Source of the DNA: Longimicrobiales bacterium
Lineage (GTDB): Bacteria > Gemmatimonadota > Gemmatimonadetes > Longimicrobiales > Gaopeijiaceae
Direction of reading: 5' to 3'
Assembly: GCA_965116905.1 (NCBI GenBank)
Contig: OZ220732.1
Span: 2,880,001-2,944,000 of the forward strand
DNA: 64,000 bases
A model generated the notes under the pieces. It saw only the letters and a program-made list of their open reading frames with translations. It did not search any database and was not told where the DNA came from. This document shows positions 10,027 through 19,757 of this stretch, piece by piece. Position 1 is the first letter of the stretch. The number at the start of each line of letters is the position of its first letter. A program made the translations under genes and the position numbers.

Positions 10027-11184
10027 TCAGCCGCCGGCAACGGAGGCGCCACGGATCCGGCCACCGCCCAGAACCTCCTCGCCGCTGAAGAACACGCAGG
10101 ACTGGCCCGGGGTCACCGCGGCCGCCGGCTTCACCAGGGCCAGGGAGAGCCTGTCCGCGTCCAGCGCCTCGACGCGGCAGGGCAGTGCCGGAGACCGATA
10201 GCGGATCTGGATGTCCAGTCGGCTTCCGGGCGACGGGGGCGGCGCCAGCCAGTTGAGCTCGCCGACGCGGACGCTGCCGGTCGCGAGCAGATGTCGCGGT
10301 CCCACGACCACTTCGCGCGTGGCCGCACGAATCTCGAGGACGTAGTAGGGCTCGGTCCTCCCGCCACCGATCCCCTTCCTCTGGCCCACGGTGAACCCGG
10401 AATAGCCCTGGTGCATCCCCAGAACCCGGCCGCCGTGGTCGACGATCGCTCCGGGCGACAGGGCCGGGTGCGTGGGGAGCAGCTTGCGCGCGAGGAAATC
10501 CCGGTAGTTGCCGGTTGGCACGAAGCAGATCTCCTGCGATTCGGGCTTGGCGGCGGTCACAAGGCCGAGCTTCCGGGCCCGCTCCCTCACCTCCGGCTTG
10601 GTCAGGTCACCGAGCGGAAAGTGGAGCCGCGCGAGCAGTTCGGCCGGGAGTCCCCACAGGAAGTAGGACTGGTCCTTGACCGAGTCCCGTCCCCGCAGCA
10701 TGCGCGGGCGCTCCCGGGAGCGGTCGAGGCGCACGTAGTGGCCCGACGCCACACCGTCACAGCCCAGAACGCGTCCCCGCCGGAAGAGATCACGGAACTT
10801 CGTGTTGGAATTGCAGCGGACGCACGGATTGGGCGTGCGTCCCACCGCGTACTCGTCGACGAAGTCGTCAATGACGTCCCGGGTGAACTCCTCCTCGACA
10901 TCGAAGACGTAATGGGGGATTCCCAGTTCGTCGGCCACGCTGCGGGCGTCCCGGATTCCGTCCAGGCCACAACAGGTCTTGCCGCTGCGCTCCGCGCCGC
11001 TGCCCTCCGCGCCGTCCCCCTCCACTCCGCTCTCCTCCGCCTCCGTGTCGCTGTAGCAGAAGGTTTTCATGGTGGCTCCGACCACGTCGTGGCCCGCCTC
11101 GACAAGCAAAGCCGCCGCGACCGACGAATCGACCCCGCCGGACATGGCCACCAGAATCCGCAGCGGCTTCGTCCTGGTCGTCAT
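10027..11184 (-). CDS. mnmA: tRNA-specific 2-thiouridylase MnmA
   Basis: AMSGGVDSS, TPNPCVRCN, KDQSYFL, ESQEICF, TVGQRKG and TPGQ motifs. Confidence 0.97.
   Translation of the reverse strand: MTTRTKPLRILVAMSGGVDSSVAAALLVEAGHDVVGATMKTFCYSDTEAEESGVEGDGAEGSGAERSGKTCCGLDGIRDARSVADELGIPHYVFDVEEEFTRDVIDDFVDEYAVGRTPNPCVRCNSNTKFRDLFRRGRVLGCDGVASGHYVRLDRSRERPRMLRGRDSVKDQSYFLWGLPAELLARLHFPLGDLTKPEVRERARKLGLVTAAKPESQEICFVPTGNYRDFLARKLLPTHPALSPGAIVDHGGRVLGMHQGYSGFTVGQRKGIGGGRTEPYYVLEIRAATREVVVGPRHLLATGSVRVGELNWLAPPPSPGSRLDIQIRYRSPALPCRVEALDADRLSLALVKPAAAVTPGQSCVFFSGEEVLGGGRIRGASVAGG
10981..11040. repeat. Four imperfect 15-bp tandem units inside mnmA
   Basis: GCCGCTGCGCTCCGC / GCCGCTGCCCTCCGC / GCCGTCCCCCTCCAC / TCCGCTCTCCTCCGC, encoding AEESG-VEGDG-AEGSG-AERSG. 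Confidence 0.7.
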
Positions 11185-12350
11185 GGCCGGGCGAACTCGC
11201 GTGTGCGTTCGATGGCCACGGTAACCGAGTCCACGATCCGATCGACCTGCCGCGCCCGGTTGAGCCGGCCGAAGCTCAGTCTGAGGGCTGCCATGGTCTC
11301 GCCGGGGTGGAGGGCTGCGAGCGTGCGGCTGCCCGTGACGGAGCCGCTGGCGCACGCCGACCCCCCCGACGCCGCGATGCCCTCGGCGTCCAGCGCGGCC
11401 AGCAGCGTGTCCGAATCCGCACCGGGAACCCCCATCGAAAGGATGTGAGGCGCGCGCGGGCAACCTTTCCCGTGGATTCGCAGGTCGGGGACGCGGGCTG
11501 CCAGCCGGGACTGCACCGCGTCCCTCAGGGTCGCCAGCCGGGCGGACTCGACCCGGACCTCCTCCACGGCCAGGCGCACCGCCTCGGCGAGTCCAACGGC
11601 TCCCGCGACGTCCTCCGTGCCCGGCCGAACGCCCCGTTCCTGCCCGCCGCCGAAGTGCAGCGGCTTCAGGTGCCCGGGATTCGTCGCGATCAGGGCCCCC
11701 GTCCCCGTGGGGCCATGGATCTTGTGGCCGGTCACCGTCAGCAGATCGACCGCGACGTCCCGAAGCGAAAGGGGGACCTTGCCCACCGCCTGGACCGCAT
11801 CGCTGTGAAGCGGCACCCCGTGCTCTCGGCAGGCCCGCGAAATCTCCGCCATCGGCAGCTCCAGACCGACCTCGTTGTTGACCCACATGCACGACACCAC
11901 CACAGGGCGCTCGCGCACGGCCGCATCGAGCGCATCCAGATCCAGGACCCCGCCGCTGAATCCGATCACCGTGTGGCGGGCACCCTCCGCGGCGGCCTGC
12001 CGGGCGGCCTCGTGCACGGCCGGGTGCTCGATGGAGGAGGTCACCACCAGCGGAGCGCGGACGCCGCCGCCCTCGGAGGTCGCGTGCCGCGCCCGGCCCA
12101 GCACGGCCAGGTTGTCCGATTCGGTTCCCCCGCGCGTGAAGAACACCTGGGCCGCCGGGACGCCCAGCGCCGTGGCCATGGAGGCTCGTGCGGATTCCAG
12201 GCGGCGCCTGGCCTTGCGTCCCCAGGAGTGGCCGCTCGACGGATTGCCGAACGCCTCCTCGCGGCACGCCGACATCGCGGCGATCACTTCCGCGCGGACC
12301 GGCGTGGTTGCGGCGTGGTCGAGGTAGATGGGTTCTGCGATTCCCTGCAC
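11181..12350 (-). CDS. iscS: Cysteine desulfurase (IscS/NifS type I)
   Basis: IYLDHAATT, NPSS, GGTESDN, DAVQ, TGHKIHGP (PLP Lys), SGGSACASG; AGGAG SD; overlaps mnmA start. Confidence 0.93.
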   Translation of the reverse strand: MQGIAEPIYLDHAATTPVRAEVIAAMSACREEAFGNPSSGHSWGRKARRRLESARASMATALGVPAAQVFFTRGGTESDNLAVLGRARHATSEGGGVRAPLVVTSSIEHPAVHEAARQAAAEGARHTVIGFSGGVLDLDALDAAVRERPVVVSCMWVNNEVGLELPMAEISRACREHGVPLHSDAVQAVGKVPLSLRDVAVDLLTVTGHKIHGPTGTGALIATNPGHLKPLHFGGGQERGVRPGTEDVAGAVGLAEAVRLAVEEVRVESARLATLRDAVQSRLAARVPDLRIHGKGCPRAPHILSMGVPGADSDTLLAALDAEGIAASGGSACASGSVTGSRTLAALHPGETMAALRLSFGRLNRARQVDRIVDSVTVAIERTREFARP

Positions 12351-12540
12351 CGGGCTGCTCCTGCCGGGGACTTGCCGTAAAATATGGCAACGCAGCGGCA
12401 CTTGCGTGAATGCTTGATGCGAACGTGTTTCCCGATAACTTGCTAGCGGTCGACGGCGGACGGCGCCCGGTTCCCGCGGATCCACGCCGCCAGGAGCCTC
12501 GTCCGATCGCCCCCACGCACACCTGTTTCCCTTCGAGACG

Positions 12541-13671
12541 ATGAATCTTCACGAATACCAGGCCAAGGAACTGTTCCGCGAAGCCGGAATGGCCGTCAAC
12601 CCGGGGCAAGTCGCGGACAGCCCCGAGCAGGCTCGAGCACTGGCCGAGCGATTCGGCGGCGCCGCCGTCGTCAAGGCGCAGGTGCACTCCGGCGGCAGGG
12701 GGAAGGCGGGAGGGGTCAAGCTTGCTCACAGCCCCGACGAGGCCGCGGCCCACGCCTCCTCCATCCTGGGCATGGAGATCAGCGGGCTCACGGTCGGCGA
12801 GGTCCTGGTGAGCCCGATCGAGGACATCGCCACCGAGGCGTACGTGGGGGTCCTTGTGGATCGCGAGGGACAGTGCCCGGTGTTCATGGTGTCGGCAGAG
12901 GGCGGCGTCGACATCGAGGAGGTGGCAGCCACCCATCCGGAGGCGATCCACAGAGTGCGGGTGGACCCCCGCTACGGGCTGCTTCCCCACCAGGCCTACG
13001 GGCTGGCGGCCCGGCTCTACGACGATCCCGGCCTGGTTCGGCAGGCGGCGCGCATCATCACGCAGCTCTACGACGTGTTCGTGGGCAACGGCGCATCCAT
13101 GGCCGAGATCAACCCGCTCATCTCGACCGCCGAGGGCCGGGTGATGGCGATCGACGCCAAGGTGAGCATCGACGACAACGAACTCTTCCGGCGTCCCGCC
13201 GTCGCGGCACTGAGGGACGCAGGCTCCGAAGCTTCCGCCGATACCCGGGCGCGCGAGGCGGGTCTTTCGTTCGTCAAGCTCGATGGCAGCGTGGGCTGCT
13301 GCGTGAACGGGGCGGGCCTGGCGATGGCCACGATGGACCTGGTCAAGTACTACGGAGGCGAGCCGGCCAACTTCCTCGACATCGGCGGCTCGTCGAATCC
13401 GGACAAGGTCGTCTCGGCGCTGGAGATCATCACCTCCGACCCCGAAGTGAAGGTCATACTCTTCAACATCTTCGGCGGCATCACCCGCTGCGACGACGTG
13501 GCGCGCGGCATCGTGGAGGCCGTCCACCGGATCGGGATCGCGGTGCCGCTCGTGATCCGGCTGACCGGTACCAACGAGGAACTCGCCCGGGAGATTCTGG
13601 CCGAAGCGGGCCTGACCGCCGTGGCCACGATGGACGAGGTCGTGGAGCAGGCGGTTCGCCTGGCCGGATGA
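12541..13671 (+). CDS. sucC: Succinyl-CoA synthetase beta subunit
   Basis: MNLHEYQAK, GGRGKAGGVK, NGAGLAMATMD, NIFGGITRCD. Confidence 0.98.
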   Translation: MNLHEYQAKELFREAGMAVNPGQVADSPEQARALAERFGGAAVVKAQVHSGGRGKAGGVKLAHSPDEAAAHASSILGMEISGLTVGEVLVSPIEDIATEAYVGVLVDREGQCPVFMVSAEGGVDIEEVAATHPEAIHRVRVDPRYGLLPHQAYGLAARLYDDPGLVRQAARIITQLYDVFVGNGASMAEINPLISTAEGRVMAIDAKVSIDDNELFRRPAVAALRDAGSEASADTRAREAGLSFVKLDGSVGCCVNGAGLAMATMDLVKYYGGEPANFLDIGGSSNPDKVVSALEIITSDPEVKVILFNIFGGITRCDDVARGIVEAVHRIGIAVPLVIRLTGTNEELAREILAEAGLTAVATMDEVVEQAVRLAG

Positions 13672-13683
13672 CTGGCCGGATGA
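13660..13683. repeat. Perfect 12-bp tandem duplication spanning the sucC stop codon
   Basis: CTGGCCGGATGA x2. Confidence 0.85.
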
Positions 13684-13737
13684 CTCAAAACGACGAGGCG
13701 GCGTCCCCGGGCGCCGCGGCACAGCCGAGGGAGATTC

Positions 13738-14622
13738 ATGTCGATCTTTGTTGACGAGAGCAACCGGGTCGTGGTGCAGGGGATCACCGGCCGGGACGGC
13801 TCCTTTCACACCCGCCAGATGATGGCGTACGGAACGCGCGTTGTCGCCGGAGTGACCCCGGGCAAGGGGGGACGCGACTTCCAGGGACCGGGCGGCACCG
13901 CGGTTCCGGTCTACGACACCGTCGCAGAGGCCGTGGCCGAGACAGGGGCCGACGCATCCGTGGTCTACGTGCCGCCCGCGTTCGCGGCCAGCGCGATCAT
14001 GGAGGCCGCCGACGCGGGCGTCGGATTCATCGTGTGCGTCACCGAGGGCATACCCGTCCTCGACATGACGCGGGCCCACGCGCTGGCGCGGGATAGGGGA
14101 AGCCGCGTGCTGGGTCCCAACTGTCCCGGCATCATCAGTCCCGGAAAGACGACCCTGGGGATCATTCCCGGGAAAATGGTCATCCCCGGACCCGTGGGAC
14201 TCATCTCGCGCTCGGGAACGCTCACCTACGAGGCGGTGTACCACCTGACCCGCGGCGGGCTCGGGCAGACGACGTGCGTGGGCATCGGGGGGGATCCCCT
14301 GATCGGGACGAGTTTCGTCGATTGCCTCGCGGCATTCGCCGAGGATCCGGACACCGAGGCCGTCGTGATGATCGGGGAGATCGGCGGGACCGCCGAACAG
14401 GAGGCCGCCGAATGGGTCAGCGCCAACCTGGACGTCCCGGTCGTCGGCTTCATCGCGGGCCGGACCGCGCCTCCGGGCAAGCGCATGGGCCATGCCGGAG
14501 CGATCATCAGCGGGTCGGCGGGGACCGCGGCCGAGAAGACGCGGGCCTTCGAGGAGAACGGGATCCGGGTCGCTGAACGTCCTGTGGAGATCGCCGGGCT
14601 CGTGGCGGAGTCCCTGCGGTAA
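13738..14622 (+). CDS. sucD: Succinyl-CoA synthetase alpha subunit
   Basis: [29 protein letters not shown] (phospho-His). Confidence 0.98.
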   Translation: MSIFVDESNRVVVQGITGRDGSFHTRQMMAYGTRVVAGVTPGKGGRDFQGPGGTAVPVYDTVAEAVAETGADASVVYVPPAFAASAIMEAADAGVGFIVCVTEGIPVLDMTRAHALARDRGSRVLGPNCPGIISPGKTTLGIIPGKMVIPGPVGLISRSGTLTYEAVYHLTRGGLGQTTCVGIGGDPLIGTSFVDCLAAFAEDPDTEAVVMIGEIGGTAEQEAAEWVSANLDVPVVGFIAGRTAPPGKRMGHAGAIISGSAGTAAEKTRAFEENGIRVAERPVEIAGLVAESLR

Positions 14623-14627
14623 CGGTC

Positions 14628-15503
14628 GTGGACATCCGCTCACTGCGGTTCGGCGAACTCCTCTGCGAGCCCCCGATCGTGCGCGGCTCCGGCGAGGACG
14701 TGTGGGGCTCGCTGTGCCGCGGTGTGGACGATCTGTCCCCGGAACATCCCTTGCGGGAAGTTCGCCGGCGCGTGGAGCGCGGGCGCAGCCATCCCGAACC
14801 GATGTCCCTTGCCTCCAACGTGGATGTGCTCAACCTGGGGCGGGGCGGGGAGGCGCCCGGCATCGTGCTGTGGCTTTCGGAACGAACCGGCGGAATGGAC
14901 AAGCCGCCCTTTGCGAGGGCCGCCTGGGTGCTGTGGGGCCTGCCGAGGCCTTCGTTGAACCTGTTCCTGCTCCCCATCCTGCGCGGCCTCACCGATGCCA
15001 TCGCGGCGGCCGAAAAAGTTGAAGATATACATGATGTACTCATGTCCAATTCGTTTACCGGCAGGGAATTGGAAATCGACGTCCGCGTGGAGAAGGTGGT
15101 CACGCCGCTCACCTACCGGATCTATCCGGACACGCCGCTACGCGAGGTTCAGCATCTTCTCGCGCGCCGTGACCTTGCCGCGGTGCCCGTGGTCGGCGCG
15201 AATCTCGAGATCCTCGGGCTGATCACGGTGAGCGACATTCTTCCCCACATGCTGCCGGGCGCGGAGACGCTGGGCACGAAGGGGGGACGGCCAGTTGCCG
15301 CGCGGGACGTGATGACGCGGTCGGTGCTCTGCGTCTCCGAGGACGAACCCCTGGCGGAGGCGGGCCGTTCCATGATCGCCCGGGGGGTGTCCAGGCTCCC
15401 GGTTGTGCGCGACGCCGAACTCGTCGGCTTTCTGGAACGGGAAACGGTGATGCGCGCATTTGCGAACACCATTCTTCCGCCGAGGCGTTCACGCCCGGGT
15501 TGA
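14628..15503 (+). CDS. CBS-pair protein with a degenerate PTS EIIA-like N-terminal domain
   Basis: Two CBS motifs (AAVPVV...GLITVSDI; SRLPVV...GFLERETV); N-terminal half resembles EIIA-2 by eye only. Confidence 0.75.
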   Translation: MDIRSLRFGELLCEPPIVRGSGEDVWGSLCRGVDDLSPEHPLREVRRRVERGRSHPEPMSLASNVDVLNLGRGGEAPGIVLWLSERTGGMDKPPFARAAWVLWGLPRPSLNLFLLPILRGLTDAIAAAEKVEDIHDVLMSNSFTGRELEIDVRVEKVVTPLTYRIYPDTPLREVQHLLARRDLAAVPVVGANLEILGLITVSDILPHMLPGAETLGTKGGRPVAARDVMTRSVLCVSEDEPLAEAGRSMIARGVSRLPVVRDAELVGFLERETVMRAFANTILPPRRSRPG

Positions 15504-15575
15504 CGCCCGGCGCCGTTCCTGATTCCGTTTACTGCCGTCCTTTTCGAATCGACCTGTCAGCACGTTGAAGACTCA

Positions 15576-15992
15576 ATGAATCAGACTCTGGCCATTATCA
15601 AGCCCGATGCGACCGCCAGCGGCAACGCGGGCAAGATCATCGCCCATCTCGAAACTGCGGGCTTCCAGATCAGGGCTCTGCGCATGGTGACCCTGACCGG
15701 GGCCCAGGCCCGCGCCTTCTACGAAGTCCACCGCGAACGCCCGTTCTATGAATCGCTGGTCGGCTTCATGACCTCCGGCCCCTGCATCCCCATGGTGCTG
15801 GAGGCGGAATCGGCGATCTCACGGTACCGGGACGCGATCGGAGCCACGGATCCGGCCGAAGCCGCCCCCGGCACGGTGCGCCGGCTCTACGCCGAGTCGA
15901 AGGAGAGAAACGCGGTGCACGGCTCGGATTCGGCGGAAAACGCCCGGCGGGAAATCGCGTTCTTCTTCTCCGAATCGGAACGGATCGCGTAG
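15576..15992 (+). CDS. ndk: Nucleoside diphosphate kinase
   Basis: TLAIIKPD, FMTSGP, GATDP, NAVHGSDS. Confidence 0.98.
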   Translation: MNQTLAIIKPDATASGNAGKIIAHLETAGFQIRALRMVTLTGAQARAFYEVHRERPFYESLVGFMTSGPCIPMVLEAESAISRYRDAIGATDPAEAAPGTVRRLYAESKERNAVHGSDSAENARREIAFFFSESERIA

Positions 15993-16027
15993 GAGATTTG
16001 CCAGGTCCGGTTCGACCCGCATTGTCA

Positions 16028-16057
16028 TTGACACCGCATCTGCTTTTGTCATATCTT
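16028..16057 (+). promoter_or_regulatory. Sigma-70-like promoter of the yceD-rpmF-plsX-fab cluster
   Basis: TTGACA (16028-16033), 18 bp, TATCTT (16052-16057) in an AT-rich gap. Confidence 0.65.
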
Positions 16058-16065
16058 TTAAGTCT

Positions 16066-16578
16066 ATGTTGCAGATCGATTTGTCACGCCTGCGGCTTAG
16101 TCGCGAGACCACCGTACAGGCGGCCATCGCACCCGATGCGGAGATTTGGAGGGGCTCGGAGCTGAGGTTCTCGAGCGCTGTTGAAGTCTCTGGCGCCGTC
16201 AGGCTGGCGGCGCGGGGCGAGGTCGTCGTACGAGGGAGCTGGAAGGCCCCGGTCGAGTACGACTGCGGCCGTTGCCTGGCGTCCCTGCCGGTCACCTTCG
16301 AGCGGCCGCTGAGCCTGTTGTACGTGCCCGGCGGCGGGTGGGAGGCCACGGACCCGGATGTGCGAACGATCGGGCATAGCGACACGACGCTGGACCTGGA
16401 GGAGGCGATTCGGGAAGAAGTGGTGCTGGAAGTCCCGCGGTATTTTGTTCCGGCGGAAACCGACGGTCGCTGTGATCGTTGCGGCCACGCGGTGGAGGGG
16501 CTCGGACGGGTGCCGGAACGATCGCAGGACCAACCGGATCCCAGGTGGTCCGCCTTGAAAGCCCTGCAAACCGACTAG
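16066..16578 (+). CDS. yceD: YceD/DUF177 protein
   Basis: CGRCL, LDLEEAIREE, C-terminal DPRWSALK; upstream of rpmF. Confidence 0.9.
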   Translation: MLQIDLSRLRLSRETTVQAAIAPDAEIWRGSELRFSSAVEVSGAVRLAARGEVVVRGSWKAPVEYDCGRCLASLPVTFERPLSLLYVPGGGWEATDPDVRTIGHSDTTLDLEEAIREEVVLEVPRYFVPAETDGRCDRCGHAVEGLGRVPERSQDQPDPRWSALKALQTD

Positions 16579-16590
16579 GAAGATTGCCCA

Positions 16591-16773
16591 ATGGCCGTAC
16601 CGAAGAAGCGAGTGTCCAAGCAGCGGAAACGGAAGCGCCGCACACACTACAAGGCCGAGGAAGCGACGCTGGCCACCTGTTCCCGGACGGGTGATCCACA
16701 GTTGCGGCACCGCGTCTGCCCCACGTCGGGGATGTACCGGAACAAGCTCGTCTACGAGGTGGACCCCGAGTAG
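16591..16773 (+). CDS. rpmF: 50S ribosomal protein L32
   Basis: MAVPKKRVSK...RRTH, HRVC..SGMY. Confidence 0.96.
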   Translation: MAVPKKRVSKQRKRKRRTHYKAEEATLATCSRTGDPQLRHRVCPTSGMYRNKLVYEVDPE

Positions 16774-16809
16774 CCCTCCGGTCCTTCGTGTTTCCCTGAG
16801 TCAACTCCG

Positions 16810-17775
16810 ATGCGGATCGTCCTCGACGCGATGGGGACCGACAACGCCCCCATAACCGAGGTAAGCGGAGCCCTGTTGGCTCTTGAGGCAGATCCCGATC
16901 TCCATGTGATCCTCACCGGGGACCGGGAGCTGTTGGCCCCGCAGGTGGAGAAATCGGCCGCGGGCGACCGGATTCGTGTCGTTCACGCGCCCCAGCGTGT
17001 GGACGGCTCCGAACCACCGGTGTCGGCGGTCCGCCGCAGCCCGAGATCTTCCATCCGGGTCGGCCTCGACATGCAGCGGGCCGGCCAGGCGAACGCGTTC
17101 GTCTCGGCGGGGTCCACGGGCGCGGTGATGGCCGCGTCCCTCCTCACCCTCGGACGCCTGGGGGGCGTGGACCGGCCGGCGCTCGGAACGATCTTCCCGA
17201 CCAGCAGAGGACCCACCCTGGTGGCCGACGCGGGTGCCAACCTCGACTGCAAGTCCCAGCACCTGGTGCAGTTCGCGCGTCTGGGGACGATCTACATGCA
17301 GGATATCCAGGGCGTGCGCGAACCGAGGGTAGGCCTCCTGAATGTCGGGTCCGAGGCCGCGAAGGGGACCGAGGTGCTGCAGGAGGCCTATCGATCCCTC
17401 ACCGCGAGCGATCTCAACTTCGTTGGGAACATCGAGGGCCGTGACATCGTGCATCACGCGTGCGACGTCCTGGTCTGCGACGGCCTCGTCGGCAACATCA
17501 TGCTGAAGTTCTACGAATCGCTCGCCCAGTTCCTGGCCCGCGAAATCGGCACCCGCCTGAACGCGGTGGGTCTTGACCGGGAGCTTGAAGACGCGTTTCG
17601 TGGTTTCGACTACGCCGAGTACGGGGGCGCGCCCCTGCTCGGCGTCAACGGCGTGAGCGTGATCTGTCACGGCGGATCGTCGCCCAAGGCGATCAGCGCG
17701 GGGATAGGGGTTGCGGCGCGCAGTGTGCGCAGCGGCATGGTTGCCCATATTGCTCGCGATCCGGCATTCAGATAA
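16810..17775 (+). CDS. plsX: Phosphate acyltransferase PlsX
   Basis: IVLDAMG.D, SAGSTGA, DAGAN, GNIEG, DGLVGN, HGGS. Confidence 0.97.
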   Translation: MRIVLDAMGTDNAPITEVSGALLALEADPDLHVILTGDRELLAPQVEKSAAGDRIRVVHAPQRVDGSEPPVSAVRRSPRSSIRVGLDMQRAGQANAFVSAGSTGAVMAASLLTLGRLGGVDRPALGTIFPTSRGPTLVADAGANLDCKSQHLVQFARLGTIYMQDIQGVREPRVGLLNVGSEAAKGTEVLQEAYRSLTASDLNFVGNIEGRDIVHHACDVLVCDGLVGNIMLKFYESLAQFLAREIGTRLNAVGLDRELEDAFRGFDYAEYGGAPLLGVNGVSVICHGGSSPKAISAGIGVAARSVRSGMVAHIARDPAFR

Positions 17776-17787
17776 GGACGGCGTTTC

Positions 17788-18783
17788 ATGAACAGCCCAG
17801 CACCGGTGGCACGGATATCGGCGACGGCGCGCTATCTGCCTGAACGGGTCATGACGAATGCCGACCTTGAAGCGCTCGTGGACACCAGCGACACCTGGAT
17901 ACGGGAGCGCACCGGCATTCGCGAGAGGCGGATCGCTGCGGACGACGTCTCGACGGCGGACATGGGGGCGCGGGCCGCGTGCGGCGCCCTGCAAAAGGCG
18001 GGGCTGTCGGCCTCGGACATCGACATGCTCGTGGTCACGACGGCTACCCCCGATCACCTGCTTCCGTCGACGGCCTGCGAGATCCAGGCGCGCATCGGGG
18101 CCTCGCGCAGCTGTGTCGCCTTCGACCTTCAGGCCGCCTGTACCGGCTTCCTGTATGCCGTGTCGGTGGCCGAGGGCTGTGTGGCGGCGGGACGCGGCCA
18201 GAACATCCTGGTGGTGTCGACGGAGAAGATGTCGACGATCGTCGACTGGGAGGACCGGGCGACCTGCATCCTCTTCGGCGACGGCGCCGGCGCCGCCGTG
18301 GTGCAGCCATCGGTGAACGGCGAAGGGATCCTGTCGAGTTTCCACCGCTCGGACGGAGATCTCGTGCCCCTCCTGCAGCGTCGCGCGGGCGGCGCCGTAA
18401 GGCCTCTCGACGAGGAGTCGCTGCGTGAGAAGGAGCACATGCTCCACATGTCCGGCCGCGAAGTCTTCAAGTCGGCGGTGAGGTCCATGGCCCACGCGGG
18501 TGGGCGGGTCATGGAGGAAGCCGGCCTGACGGCGTCCGACATCGATCTGATGGTGCCGCATCAGGCCAACTCCCGGATCATCGAGGCGACCGCCCGTCAT
18601 GCCGGGATCAGCATGGACAAGGTCTTCGTGAACCTCGATCGATACGGCAACATCTCCTCGGCGACGATCCCCGTCGGGCTTGACGAGGCTGCCGAGCAGG
18701 GCCGGATCGGGCCGGGATCGAACATCCTCATGACGGCGTTCGGCGCTGGCCTCACGTGGGGCGCCATGCTCATGCGCTGGTAG
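17788..18783 (+). CDS. fabH: Beta-ketoacyl-ACP synthase III
   Basis: AACTGF, LFGDGAGA, PHQAN, YGNISSA, FGAGLTWG. Confidence 0.97.
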   Translation: MNSPAPVARISATARYLPERVMTNADLEALVDTSDTWIRERTGIRERRIAADDVSTADMGARAACGALQKAGLSASDIDMLVVTTATPDHLLPSTACEIQARIGASRSCVAFDLQAACTGFLYAVSVAEGCVAAGRGQNILVVSTEKMSTIVDWEDRATCILFGDGAGAAVVQPSVNGEGILSSFHRSDGDLVPLLQRRAGGAVRPLDEESLREKEHMLHMSGREVFKSAVRSMAHAGGRVMEEAGLTASDIDLMVPHQANSRIIEATARHAGISMDKVFVNLDRYGNISSATIPVGLDEAAEQGRIGPGSNILMTAFGAGLTWGAMLMRW

Positions 18784-18827
18784 CGTCCGACGAATCGGTG
18801 GTGCGGCCAGGTGGGGGAGATGCGGGC

Positions 18828-19757
18828 ATGAGGGCAGGCCTGCTGTTTCCGGGACAGGGATCTCAGCACGTCGGGATGGGACAGGCCCTCGCACGGCAGT
18901 ACCCGGAGGCAAGGGAGACCTTCGAGGAGGCGGACGACATTCTGGGCCTTTCTCTCTCACATGTGGCGTGGGAAGGCCCGCTCGACGTCCTCACCTCGAC
19001 GGAAAACGCGCAGCCGGCGCTCTACGTGCACGGCCTGGCGACATACCGGGTCGTTCGCGAGCGGATCGGTGCGGTCGGCGCGGCTGCCGGACACTCCCTC
19101 GGCGAGTTGACCGCGCACGCGGCGGCGGGCACCTACACCTTCGCCGACGGCCTGCGTCTGGTCAGGCTCCGGGGGGAGCTGATGGCCGGAGCCGGAGAGG
19201 AGGCGCCGGGAACGATGGCGGCCGTGATCGGGCTGTCCGCGGACACGGTTGCCGCGCTGTGCCGGGAGGCGGCGGACGGCGGCATGACGGTGGTGCCGGC
19301 CAATCTCAACACCGCCAGCCAGATCGTCGTCAGCGGTGATCTCGCAGGCGTCGGATGGCTGTGTGCCGCGGCGAAGGAGCGGGGAGCCAGACGGGCAGTC
19401 CCCCTCACGGTGTCGGCGGCCTTTCATTCGCCCCTCATGCGGCCGGCCGCCGAGGAGTTCCGGGTATGCCTCGACGGCATGCCGCTCCGGTCGCCGTGCT
19501 TTCCGGTCGTCTCCAACGTCACCGCCGAGGCCGAGGGGGACGCGGACGGGATCCGCCGGCTGCTCGTGCGACAACTCACCTCGCCGGTCCGGTGGATCGA
19601 ATGCGTCGCACGGATGCGCGAGGAGGGCGTGACCCGGTTTCTCGAACTGGGTCCGGGAACGGTGCTGACGGGATTGAACAAGAGGAACGCAAGGGGGGTG
19701 CCGGCGAACGCGATCGGGGATCCGGCATCCATCGATTCCATGGAGGAGTGGAAATGA
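18828..19757 (+). CDS. fabD: Malonyl-CoA-ACP transacylase
   Basis: LFPGQGSQ, GHSLGE, AFHSPLM, ELGPG. Confidence 0.97.
   Translation: MRAGLLFPGQGSQHVGMGQALARQYPEARETFEEADDILGLSLSHVAWEGPLDVLTSTENAQPALYVHGLATYRVVRERIGAVGAAAGHSLGELTAHAAAGTYTFADGLRLVRLRGELMAGAGEEAPGTMAAVIGLSADTVAALCREAADGGMTVVPANLNTASQIVVSGDLAGVGWLCAAAKERGARRAVPLTVSAAFHSPLMRPAAEEFRVCLDGMPLRSPCFPVVSNVTAEAEGDADGIRRLLVRQLTSPVRWIECVARMREEGVTRFLELGPGTVLTGLNKRNARGVPANAIGDPASIDSMEEWK

Noticed and set aside
10027..14643. 1538-aa minus-strand ORF as a giant MnmA fusion
   Set aside because: Only the last 385 aa are MnmA. The rest is a stop-free shadow frame antisense to sucCD and out of frame with iscS, typical of high-GC DNA.
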